A stretch of 64,000 nucleotides of DNA. Origin: a bacterium. Lineage in GTDB: Bacteria > Patescibacteriota > Andersenbacteria > UBA10190 > CAIZMI01. The stretch is from the NCBI GenBank assembly GCA_030647555.1, contig JAUSJG010000008.1:65467-129466 (forward strand). Direction: 5' to 3'. A model generated the notes under the pieces. The model did not search any database. It was not told the DNA's origin and saw only the letters and a list, made by a program, of their open reading frames with translations. Positions 9,123 to 18,280 of the stretch are shown here, in pieces. The position numbers and the translations under genes are program-made. The stretch's first letter is position 1; the number at the start of each line of letters is the position of its first letter.

Positions 9123-10588
9123 TCAATTGAACCCATATCGTTTGTCGGAGTAACACGGAAGTTTTTCAGGTATGGACATACTTCATTTGGTAAAATTTTA
9201 TCATTGGGCATTCTGTAACTAATAAGCCACCGTACATCTTGTTTACGCTTAGCAACCCTAATTTGGGGGTTGCCGTCGGCCAGGTAATACAGTCGATTGC
9301 GAATGTGAACATTGTTAGAGAATATTTGATCGAGAGAACTTATGCAACCAATTAGTGGTGCGGTCGCCACGCGTCCGGAGGCGTATTCAAAACGGCTGGT
9401 GCCGATAATTGGAAATGTGTCGTTGCTCCCACTTGTTGCCAAGAAGGGAATAATTATTAGCGATAGATTTGTAATAATAAGAACGACTGACAGGATTACT
9501 GCAAATGAATAGCTGATTTTTTTGCGGAGTCGTCCGATTATTTCTCCAAGACCGATTCCCGCCATAAGCCAAGTGCCCAGTGTAATAATGATAAAGTAAC
9601 GAATGGCGTAATACTCAATCATATAGACAAGGACAAGATAACTTATAGAAAGGCCGATGAGCCAACCCGCCATCGCGAATTTGTGTTTGCTGAAAATAAA
9701 GCCGAAAATTATCAATAATAAAAGAATGATGGTGATTAGCAGTGCCATGCTGTCATTAAAAGTTCGTGCCGTGTATTGCGCGATAAATAGCGAGCCGGAA
9801 AGAAAACGCGGGGCGATTGAAAATAATTCACTTAATCTTGTAGAAAATAGTCCGGCAGTTTTCTCGATATTTCCTTGATCGAGATTGTTGATTAACAGAT
9901 TAACAAATTGAACACAAAATATCGCCCAGAAACCGATCAAAAAAACAAAAGTTTTGGCAAAAAGTTGTTTAATTTTTTGTAACGAGAAATTGGGTACCAG
10001 TTTGATAATCCCGAATACGCATAAAATCGCTGTTAGTACCGGTAAAAACAGAATATGCGTGCTTAGGCCGAATCCGGCAGAGATGCCCGCCAAGAGTGGA
10101 GACCAGTCTGTTTTTTTACGAAATAAGTAGATTGTGAGGATAGCGAAAAAAGGCAGGAGGGTGATTGCCCAACCGATGCGCATTTCGGACCAATAAATAG
10201 GAGAGAATGCAAGGGCGATGAGTCCGAATAGGCCGGGGATTTCCCCAAAAATTTTAAGAAGGACATCGTAGGCAAGCCAAAAAAATGCAATTGAAAAGAG
10301 GAGAGCAATAATGCGCAGTGACAAGGTATTGTGACCGAAAACAAAAACAAACGGAATCCGCAAATAGTCGATCCAGACGCCGATATATGATCTTTCACCT
10401 TGAATAGCCGGTTTGGTTTTGTTGAGTAATTCTTGGACATTGTGTCCCTCATCGCCTTCGTCTCCTAGTAGTCCCGGTACACTGGAAAGATACGCGGAGT
10501 TTGTGACGAGAAATAAGCCGAAAATGAATAAAACAACCCATTGTCGTAAATTTAATTGTTTAATTGTGCGGGAAATATAATTAAGCAT
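9107..10588 (-). CDS. PMT_2/ArnT-like GT-C glycosyltransferase (GT39/GT83-type), 493 aa
   Basis: The first extracytoplasmic loop carries a 'PGLLGDEGDEG' motif, typical of Dol-P-Man/undecaprenyl-P-sugar-dependent GT-C enzymes. About 11 TM helices. It is a paralog of the adjacent 10581..12062 and has exactly the same length. Confidence 0.6.
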   Translation of the reverse strand: MLNYISRTIKQLNLRQWVVLFIFGLFLVTNSAYLSSVPGLLGDEGDEGHNVQELLNKTKPAIQGERSYIGVWIDYLRIPFVFVFGHNTLSLRIIALLFSIAFFWLAYDVLLKIFGEIPGLFGLIALAFSPIYWSEMRIGWAITLLPFFAILTIYLFRKKTDWSPLLAGISAGFGLSTHILFLPVLTAILCVFGIIKLVPNFSLQKIKQLFAKTFVFLIGFWAIFCVQFVNLLINNLDQGNIEKTAGLFSTRLSELFSIAPRFLSGSLFIAQYTARTFNDSMALLITIILLLLIIFGFIFSKHKFAMAGWLIGLSISYLVLVYMIEYYAIRYFIIITLGTWLMAGIGLGEIIGRLRKKISYSFAVILSVVLIITNLSLIIIPFLATSGSNDTFPIIGTSRFEYASGRVATAPLIGCISSLDQIFSNNVHIRNRLYYLADGNPQIRVAKRKQDVRWLISYRMPNDKILPNEVCPYLKNFRVTPTNDMGSIDWPKD

Positions 10589-12062
10589 TGTTTTTGTTTT
10601 TTGGTTTTGGCGGAATATATTCGTCGTTTGGAATCACAATGAAGTTTCGAACAGTGGGACAAACTTCGCCCGGGCGAAGTTTTGTCGGATCGTCCAAGTC
10701 GCGTGGCCCGCGGTAATCGACAAACCACTTCGCTTTTTTTCGTTCGTCGGCAACTTTGATATGCTGATCCGCTTCGCGTAAAAATTTCAAACGGTTACTA
10801 ATCTTCGGTTCTTCAGAAAACACAAGCCCGATATTTTTTACACAGTTCGCCAACGGCTGGATATCGGCAAAGTGACCGGATTTGTCCCAAGAATCGCCGG
10901 AATCTTGAAAATTAAGAGTGGTACCACCGGTTTTTTCGTAGGGAACGAACACGGCGCGGTATGTCCAAAAGGATAACAGTATCGCACAGAGGAATGAAAT
11001 GGGAATTAATACCTTCTTGCTCTTGAAAGTATTTAATAGAACTTTGCCGAAGCCTAATCCCGCCAGACCCCAAAGCGCTATCGTTGTCACGTGTAAATAG
11101 CGAGTGCGAAAGTAGCTTACCATTATTACGGTTGCGACAATGGAAATAACAATCCCAATCAGCCAATATAAAGCGACTTTTCGATGGGGTTTGATCAGTA
11201 ACGCGCAAAAAACAAAAACAAGCAGTAAAAAAATAATAATCCGGGCAATGTCGTGAGAGACATCACCGACATATTCACCCCAATAGCTGATTCCTGAAAA
11301 ATAATTAAAAAGCGTCGGGTACAGAATTTCAAGACGCCCGATAATTAGCGAAAAATGGCCAACGCGCGCGCTCTCCACGCTCATTTCCAACATAATGGCA
11401 AGCTGTAATCCAAAACCCGCTAAAAAACCAATCAAGGTGGGCCACCATGTAAAAATCTTTTTTAGATCGCGATATTTTGCCAATAGATACGCGCCAAAAA
11501 TGCCGGCTATCGGCGCAGTAAAAGTAACGTGCGTACTAACACCAAGGCCGGCGATTAGTCCGGCAATGACAGGCTTGGAACGAAAATTTCTTGTAAGAAC
11601 AAAAAGCAATAGAAACGCAAAAAACGGTAGAAAGTTAATCGGCCAGCTGATGCGCTGGTAAAGAATGTAGGGTGGGGAGAAAAAACAGGCAACCATCACA
11701 AAAAATGCCAATCGAATGTCAAAAATACGGCGGAAAACAAAATAAGCCAGCCAGAACGTAACGCAGTTGGCAATTATCAAGGGAATGCGCATCGCGAGCG
11801 CGGTTTCGCCAAGCCAAAGCACAAAGGGTAATCGAACATAATCACTCCAGAAAGCGACATATGATTCACGGCCGATGATAAATGGTTTTTTGTCCTGAAT
11901 ATGATCGAACACGCTTAATCCTTCATATCCCTCGTCGCCGACGAGGCCGGGAAGGGTGGCAAGGTGATATGTTTGGACGAAAAGAAAAAGAAAAAACAGA
12001 AGCCAAATCGAAAAACGCAACCAAAACTTGCTTGAAAATATATTGTTACAGGCGATATTCAT
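10581..12062 (-). CDS. PMT_2/ArnT-like GT-C glycosyltransferase, 493 aa (tandem paralog)
   Basis: 'PGLVGDEGYEG' loop motif. Its overall organisation is collinear with 9107..10588, and it overlaps neighbours at both ends (operon). Confidence 0.6.
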   Translation of the reverse strand: MNIACNNIFSSKFWLRFSIWLLFFLFLFVQTYHLATLPGLVGDEGYEGLSVFDHIQDKKPFIIGRESYVAFWSDYVRLPFVLWLGETALAMRIPLIIANCVTFWLAYFVFRRIFDIRLAFFVMVACFFSPPYILYQRISWPINFLPFFAFLLLFVLTRNFRSKPVIAGLIAGLGVSTHVTFTAPIAGIFGAYLLAKYRDLKKIFTWWPTLIGFLAGFGLQLAIMLEMSVESARVGHFSLIIGRLEILYPTLFNYFSGISYWGEYVGDVSHDIARIIIFLLLVFVFCALLIKPHRKVALYWLIGIVISIVATVIMVSYFRTRYLHVTTIALWGLAGLGFGKVLLNTFKSKKVLIPISFLCAILLSFWTYRAVFVPYEKTGGTTLNFQDSGDSWDKSGHFADIQPLANCVKNIGLVFSEEPKISNRLKFLREADQHIKVADERKKAKWFVDYRGPRDLDDPTKLRPGEVCPTVRNFIVIPNDEYIPPKPKNKNNA

Positions 12063-14839
12063 TATTTTCGTTTGTTTTTGTTAAATTTTATTCCCGCAAA
12101 AACGAGTAATGAGATGAACAAGCATATCCATGAAATTATGCTGATCTTTATTGCCTGTAATGTTTTTATAGGAGTGTACTTAAAAGTTACCGTATGTTCA
12201 CCGGCGGGAACGATAACGCCACGGAAAATCCATTCGGACGGGAAAATTCTTGTTTCTTTGTCGTCAATGTAAGCGTGCCAATCCGGATAATAAGTGTCGC
12301 GTAATAATAGAAATCCATCGCCTGCATTCTTTGTTTTTAATACTACTTCATTTGGTTGATAGGAAACAAATGAAACTTCTCCGGGGCTCAAGGTTTTGTT
12401 TTTTAACAGGGTGTCGTCTTCAACAGGAACGGCATCGGACGGTTTTTGCGCATTGAACAAATCGGCGCGCGCGCCATCGGAATGCGTTACTGATGAGACA
12501 CTAGTAACAAATTGCGCTCTTGGGGCAGTTTCAAGATTTTTATAAAGTCGCACCGTTTGTCCTTCTGCTTGATTTTCTTGAAGCAGTTCCGTGTTTTTAA
12601 GGTTGCCCAAAACGCGATTATTTTGATATGAACCCAATAAGTAGCCAACGCCAAGGCGATTTAGTAATTCACGTCGTTTTTCGAGGAATGGATTAAAACC
12701 ATCCGCGTTTTCATTTTGATCGCCGATTTCATATAAATAGCGTTTTACTTCTCTTAATTGCAGTGCGCCAAGCCATTGTGTGCTGGGGATGCCCTTACTT
12801 GCGCCGATATGTGGCGAAAGAATATCTTGGGAAAGTTTGATGCGATTAAAATCCGCATAGAGCGGTGTTAGCGCAATATCGGGTTCCACGGCCGTCTTGA
12901 AAGTGGGTGTTTCACACTTGTCCTGAAAACAGAAGCTGGCGTGGCCACCGGGCAAATAATTGAGTTCACTATTGTTGGGAAACCCGACATACGTTATCCA
13001 TGGTCCGGTTTTAATTTCTTGTTGAGAAAACGAAACAGAAAAAATATGTCCCGTTGCGTTTTTAAATGTTTTTGGAAAAATAATTTCCAACGGTTTGGCA
13101 GAGTTAATGTTTATCGTTGAAATATTGATTGTCTGTGCTTCTTTTGTATTATCGTCCTGAATTTGTAAAACAATGTTGGTGTTATTTTGTTGTCCCTTAC
13201 TCCAGCGTAAATCCAGGGTGATACCACATAGTTCTGATTCTGTGCCGGTGAATGTTTGTTTAACAATTACTCCTTGATCGAGGCGTTTAAACTGGTGGAA
13301 CAGTTGCTGTGGTTCTTGGTCTAGCGACAAATCGCGTTGCGTGAAGAGGCGCGGTCCCCATGCCGGTTGGTTTTTCAGGATGGCTTCGGATTTTGTGACA
13401 AGAAAAGGCTGACTAAACGGCACGCTGACGTTTCTGGTTAAGTTGGGGATGAGAATTTCTGCTGTCGCCAAAATCATCAATAAATAAATTTGTTTTTCCG
13501 AAATTTTGCGTCCCAAATAAATTATAAAAGGAATAGTAAGGAAGGGGATTAGTGTGCGGAAATAATTTTGAATGAGATTAGCTTTTACTTGCGAACGAAT
13601 GCTTGTCGGGATACTTAGTAAACTAAAATAAGTAATCGCTAAAATAATTAAAATCCCCGCGACCAACATAATTGTTCTTTTCTTTTTGTTGGCGCGTATT
13701 AACGCTTCTGCGCCAAAAGCGCCAAGAAACGAAAAGGCGATTATTAATAGTAGAATCCAGCGGGCGGGAATTCCCAACGAATCCAGCCAATGGTTTTCCA
13801 CCAAATAGCGATAGAGAGGCGATGATTCTCCCGTAATCATTAATAAGGAAAGAATTGAAAGAAGAATTACAAACAATAATGACCGCTTCGGCATGCGTCT
13901 AATACTGAATAGTCCTACGAGAATAATTGAAAGAACGGTTAGGCCGAGCCACGAACTTAGTTCAGTTTCGTTTTTGGCGCCGATATAGTTTTCGTGATAA
14001 CCAAAGCTATGTGGAAATATCCAAGAAGAAAGGTGTGAAAAAGGAAGATTGAATTCGTAGAGTTCGGCAGGTAACATGGCGTCCGCACGGTCCGAAAAAG
14101 GAACGATGGCGAGTGTAGGGGAGATTTGCATGTATGCCAGCAGAATCGTGAGGACGGCGGCGGGTACCAGTGGGATTAAACGCCACACGGTGGTTTTTGG
14201 CGCCACGGCAAAATGTGCAATTGCATAGAGAACTAAAGCAAAAGTGCTAATCAACGCCGCTTGTGGCTGACCAAGCAAGACTTGCAAAGCGATAGCGATG
14301 CTTAAACCCAGCAACGATTTATAAGATTTATTTTTCAACCAATTGCCGAGCAACCACAAACAAATTGGTGTCCAGGCCAGTGGGAGTAAAACGTTAGTGA
14401 GATAATACCGACCGACAAAAAAGCCTGTTCCGGCAAAAATAAAAGCACCAAAGGAGGCAGATTGTTTTTGAAATTTTTCTTGTCTCAAGAGTAAATACAT
14501 TCCAACCGTCGCCAAAATGGTATGCAAAAATAGCGAAATATTTAATGTGATAACTCCGGGCAAAAATTCGCGTAAAACTAGATGCAATGGGTAAAAGAAA
14601 CCAAGATGCGAGATTGCGATGAGTGGATAACCCATTTGCAGTTCCGGGGCCCACAACGGCAGATGGCCCGCTCGCTGATAATGCGCAAACATATCCTCAA
14701 TCGGCGCGGTGATAAACGTCATATCGAAGTCGTAAAAAAGTCGGCCTCTTAACCAAATAAAAAAGAAGGGAATTAGTACGATTAGCACAGTACCAATTAT
14801 TGTTTTGTTGCGGTTAAAGAATGATTTTAGTTTCAACAT
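12062..14839 (-). CDS. YfhO-family (GT-C) membrane protein, 925 aa
   Basis: N-terminal 'GHLPLWAPELQMGYPLIAISHLGFFYPLHLV' resembles the YfhO conserved loop. Many TM helices are followed by a large C-terminal extracytoplasmic domain and a terminal TM anchor. Confidence 0.55.
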   Translation of the reverse strand: MLKLKSFFNRNKTIIGTVLIVLIPFFFIWLRGRLFYDFDMTFITAPIEDMFAHYQRAGHLPLWAPELQMGYPLIAISHLGFFYPLHLVLREFLPGVITLNISLFLHTILATVGMYLLLRQEKFQKQSASFGAFIFAGTGFFVGRYYLTNVLLPLAWTPICLWLLGNWLKNKSYKSLLGLSIAIALQVLLGQPQAALISTFALVLYAIAHFAVAPKTTVWRLIPLVPAAVLTILLAYMQISPTLAIVPFSDRADAMLPAELYEFNLPFSHLSSWIFPHSFGYHENYIGAKNETELSSWLGLTVLSIILVGLFSIRRMPKRSLLFVILLSILSLLMITGESSPLYRYLVENHWLDSLGIPARWILLLIIAFSFLGAFGAEALIRANKKKRTIMLVAGILIILAITYFSLLSIPTSIRSQVKANLIQNYFRTLIPFLTIPFIIYLGRKISEKQIYLLMILATAEILIPNLTRNVSVPFSQPFLVTKSEAILKNQPAWGPRLFTQRDLSLDQEPQQLFHQFKRLDQGVIVKQTFTGTESELCGITLDLRWSKGQQNNTNIVLQIQDDNTKEAQTINISTININSAKPLEIIFPKTFKNATGHIFSVSFSQQEIKTGPWITYVGFPNNSELNYLPGGHASFCFQDKCETPTFKTAVEPDIALTPLYADFNRIKLSQDILSPHIGASKGIPSTQWLGALQLREVKRYLYEIGDQNENADGFNPFLEKRRELLNRLGVGYLLGSYQNNRVLGNLKNTELLQENQAEGQTVRLYKNLETAPRAQFVTSVSSVTHSDGARADLFNAQKPSDAVPVEDDTLLKNKTLSPGEVSFVSYQPNEVVLKTKNAGDGFLLLRDTYYPDWHAYIDDKETRIFPSEWIFRGVIVPAGEHTVTFKYTPIKTLQAIKISIISWICLFISLLVFAGIKFNKNKRK

Positions 14840-14853
14840 CGTTCTTGAGTCAG

Positions 14854-17241
14854 TTAGAAAGTAATTTCCTTCATTTTGTCACGATGGACGGTGTAGATCA
14901 TAACACGACTGTCTCCGTAAATTGTGTCATAAGTATGCAAACGTTCAAAGACATCGGGGAATCGCTGGGTGATTTGCCAGTTTTCCGGACGATTTCGTTC
15001 CACAAGATATTTGATGTCGTTGCTTTGGATCCAATCCAATTCTTGTTGTGCGATGTTTTCATTGTTTTTTGGCGAGAAAAACTTTCTTCGTTCACGCGAC
15101 AGGTATATTTGAATTGACTGTTCCTCCTTGGTGCGAAAGGCGACAATGCCATACTGACTACGTAAATATCTCACGGCTTGAATCATCACGCTTGTATCCT
15201 GCGAATGATTGTTATATTTTTCAAGGCGCCCTTTCAACGAATCGTGGCCGTCGACGTAAAAAAAGCCGGCCAGCAAACCGATAACCGACAAGGAAATGGA
15301 AATCGATAAAAAATTGTTTTTCTGTTTCCAAAGTTGATAAACTCCGGTTGCCATAAAAAACGCTGAAAAGGGGATAATCTGCAGATAATACCGAGATTTT
15401 GGAATAATAAGAGTAATAAAAAAAATCTGGCTGATAATGATCAGGAGGATTACGGCCGTTGTTTTGGCGTTTCTTTCTAAAAGCCAGGCCAGCCCCACAC
15501 CACACAGAAACAAAGGCAGTCCCGCCACATAAGTGCGTGCAGGGATACTGACGCTTAGGACGAGCATCAATACGATTAATAAGGAAGGGGCGCCCAAGGT
15601 CAAAAAATTAAAGAATTTTTGGAAGTTTGCATTTCGGTTGCGAAACGCTAATAAGGAACCGGCAACAAGGCCGCTGACCATACTTAACACTGCATGTCCG
15701 CTTTTACCGGTCGTCACCCACCAATTCCAAACATATGAATTTAATCGGGAAAAATTCGCGATCAAAACTTCTTTGGAATAGGCAAGCGATAGACCCTGGT
15801 CGTCGTTTATGTCTGAAAGCGTTCTTATACCGGAATGTCCCGACCAAAAATATGAAATTTGCGGCAATCCCACTATTCCAATGGTGATTGCCAACAACAG
15901 TAATATTTTTTTTAACGGCAACCTCTCTCTGACAAACAATGCCGGATATAATACAAGTGCCAATAAAGCGCCCTCGTACCTTGTTAAAAAAGTTAAACCA
16001 AGAAGGATGGCGAAAATTGCCTGACGGCGCAGATTGCGGGCGTATAAAAATGAAAGCAAAGAGGCGCATGTCGTAAACGCATAAAGTGAATTAGCCAAAC
16101 CATTCGGCGCTTCCCAAATGAAATCTTGGTTGACGGCAAGCAGTAATCCGGCACCAAGGGCGATTGCCCATGGCAAACGAAAATATTTGGCAATAAAGGT
16201 AATCAAGGCCACTGTTCCGGCCGCGGCCATAATGCCGATCCACCTGGACCAAAGAAGTGGATCGGCGGTTATAAACCCAGGGATAGCTAAAATGGACAAC
16301 AAGGGCCCCTTTCTGGGGTCGGTGGCAAAAAAATCTTCAAAATGCAGGAGTGCTTCGGTTTTTGAAAGATAATTGAAGGCATCACCGCCAAAAACTCCTT
16401 CAATTAGTCGTGTGTAGGGGGCGTGCAAAATGATCGCGAGTAAAATTAATCCAATAGTTGGTAATATGTAAATCATCCATGATTTAGTTTTATTTTTTAA
16501 TAAATGTGTCGCGACAAAAAGCAATGGTAAAAATATCGCGGCAAAAATGGCGGGCCGGTTTTGTTTAATTGATTTGTCAGTAATACGGCTCCAGACGATT
16601 GCCGCTTTCCAGAGTGGCATTTTTTCGTTCAGTCGGAAGGCAATATCGCCGTAGGAATTATTACCACTGACAAGCATATTGCCTTTGTCGTATCTTCTTG
16701 AATCCGGTTGATAATGAATCAAGATCGCCGACTCTTTGTTGATTTCTGTATCGGTTTTCAAAACCAGAGATTGTGTTCCTTGGGGCAACGGTTGGCTAAA
16801 TTTAATTCTGACCCATTGTGGTTTGGGCGATATTTGTGCCTGGGTACGGCCTAATTCTTTTCCTGCGGTATCGTCCAGAATTATCAAAGAGGGATGTTTT
16901 GACGTTCCGCTGATCATTATGTCTAGAGAGTCCGTGGTGTAGTCACTGTTGACGATTTGCCCTACGGTGGAAGTGCCAAAAACTCTTCGGATGTATTTTG
17001 AATCCAAATGCGGTAAATTGTTATCGTGTTTTAAATGGAAAGGCGTTAACAAAATTACAAGAAGCACGCAAATAGGTAGGAGGCACAAAACAGTCTTCCA
17101 TATTCTGGTGCGTTGGAATGGTCGAGTGGTAACAATTTCCATGAAAATGATATGCTTACATAATGCTGAAAATAAGTAATTTGCGGAAGGGTGTGGAGTC
17201 AATCTACCTCCCTTTATCCAAAGGGGTGCGGCGGATTCCAC
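14854..17241 (-). CDS. GT-C-type membrane glycosyltransferase-like protein (PMT/ArnT-like) with a large extracytoplasmic domain
   Basis: The ORF-track start is a GTG. The first ATG ('MEIVTTRPFQRTRIWKTVLCLLPICVLLV') lies at about 17142 and is the more likely start. The central region has more than 10 TM helices with a 'GGDAFNYL' loop. It is the first gene of a five-gene minus-strand GT-C operon running 17241->7569. Confidence 0.5.
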   Translation of the reverse strand: MESAAPLWIKGGRLTPHPSANYLFSALCKHIIFMEIVTTRPFQRTRIWKTVLCLLPICVLLVILLTPFHLKHDNNLPHLDSKYIRRVFGTSTVGQIVNSDYTTDSLDIMISGTSKHPSLIILDDTAGKELGRTQAQISPKPQWVRIKFSQPLPQGTQSLVLKTDTEINKESAILIHYQPDSRRYDKGNMLVSGNNSYGDIAFRLNEKMPLWKAAIVWSRITDKSIKQNRPAIFAAIFLPLLFVATHLLKNKTKSWMIYILPTIGLILLAIILHAPYTRLIEGVFGGDAFNYLSKTEALLHFEDFFATDPRKGPLLSILAIPGFITADPLLWSRWIGIMAAAGTVALITFIAKYFRLPWAIALGAGLLLAVNQDFIWEAPNGLANSLYAFTTCASLLSFLYARNLRRQAIFAILLGLTFLTRYEGALLALVLYPALFVRERLPLKKILLLLAITIGIVGLPQISYFWSGHSGIRTLSDINDDQGLSLAYSKEVLIANFSRLNSYVWNWWVTTGKSGHAVLSMVSGLVAGSLLAFRNRNANFQKFFNFLTLGAPSLLIVLMLVLSVSIPARTYVAGLPLFLCGVGLAWLLERNAKTTAVILLIIISQIFFITLIIPKSRYYLQIIPFSAFFMATGVYQLWKQKNNFLSISISLSVIGLLAGFFYVDGHDSLKGRLEKYNNHSQDTSVMIQAVRYLRSQYGIVAFRTKEEQSIQIYLSRERRKFFSPKNNENIAQQELDWIQSNDIKYLVERNRPENWQITQRFPDVFERLHTYDTIYGDSRVMIYTVHRDKMKEITF

Positions 17242-17320
17242 GAGAACATCCAGTGGATGTTCGAGAGGGTGCCAGCACGGGAGGGATTACGTCGCAATTC
17301 CCTCCCTTATTCAAGGGAGG
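17206..17320 (+). promoter_or_regulatory. Structured divergent-promoter/leader region with three hairpins: CCTCCCTTTatccAAAGGGG, GAACATCCAgTGGATGTTC and CCCTCCCTTattcAAGGGAGGG
   Basis: Perfect stems are seen directly in the sequence. The first hairpin plus a downstream 'CGGCGGATTCC' recur upstream of the gene at 56703. Confidence 0.5.
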
Positions 17321-17326
17321 GCGGGG

Positions 17327-18001
17327 GTGGGTTATAACGTACATAGTATGAAACACACCAACCTCATCCTTAGAATAGTAGCCGTCCTCGTCATCATCCT
17401 CGTCTGGGGCACCGGCGTAAAAATCGCGTACGATAGATATTCGCAATGGCTGAACACTATTGTCGAAACAACGGTCTATCGTTCTCCAACGCGAATCGAC
17501 TCAAGTTCCGAATATGCAGTTTATGAAAAACGTAACGCGTCGCAGACGTTCCATTTTGACAATCCAACCAACATTGAAAAAATTGCAATACCGGTGATGT
17601 TGCCGAATAATGCGAAAGACAAACAGAGATTAAACGTGACAATCAAAAAAGATGATATGACCGTAGTGGAAGATTATGTTTTTGAACTTACGGCCGGCAG
17701 AAATGATCTCACGTTGCAACCAACTAAACAATTTTTATCCGTAAAAGATCTGCGCGTAATTTTTACCACGCCCGGATTCAATGATATTGCAAAAGCCCCG
17801 CGTGTTTATCGAGAAGAAGGCGGTAATATCGCCATGCGGTTTTATTCAAGCGCCGTCAGGAGAGATATCATCTTCAAAAAATCGGCTACGCCAAAAGATT
17901 ATGTCGGTTGGTACAAGTTGGCTTTACTTGCTGGACTTGTCGTGATCTTTCCCGTTGTGCTTATTGATCCGCTGATTCGAAATAATAAGCGTGGCGATTA
18001 G
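17327..18001 (+). CDS. hypothetical signal-anchored protein with a C-terminal TM helix
   Basis: 224-aa ORF. The N-terminal hydrophobic segment 'LILRIVAVLVIILVWG' suggests the real start is 'MKHTNL' at about 17348. There is a C-terminal hydrophobic helix and no recognisable domain. Confidence 0.4.
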   Translation: MGYNVHSMKHTNLILRIVAVLVIILVWGTGVKIAYDRYSQWLNTIVETTVYRSPTRIDSSSEYAVYEKRNASQTFHFDNPTNIEKIAIPVMLPNNAKDKQRLNVTIKKDDMTVVEDYVFELTAGRNDLTLQPTKQFLSVKDLRVIFTTPGFNDIAKAPRVYREEGGNIAMRFYSSAVRRDIIFKKSATPKDYVGWYKLALLAGLVVIFPVVLIDPLIRNNKRGD

Positions 18002-18280
18002 AAACAGTCCTCCAAAAATTGTTGCGGCAATAAGGGCGCGGGCACCGGGGACGATGTGTAATTTTGGGACAATCGGGATCACTATTGCTGTCGCTAAAGC
18101 AAAAGCGGCAATATAAAATAAAGACCAAAGGTCACTGATTAGAATTGCAAAAATTAGCAACGTGGCACCATAAAACAAAATTGAGAGATTGTTGATGTAG
18201 CCAAACCAAAACGCAACCGCGGAGAGTAGGAGAAGTAATGCAACAAATTGAAAAGCAATATTTAATATCAGTTTGCGCAT
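17924..18280 (-). CDS. small polytopic membrane protein (hypothetical)
   Basis: 118 aa with four hydrophobic helices. It is the last gene of the minus operon 21878->17924. Its 3' end overlaps the convergent ORF 17327..18001 by 78 bp. Confidence 0.4.
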   Translation of the reverse strand: MRKLILNIAFQFVALLLLLSAVAFWFGYINNLSILFYGATLLIFAILISDLWSLFYIAAFALATAIVIPIVPKLHIVPGARALIAATIFGGLFLIATLIISNQRINKHNGKDHDKSSK

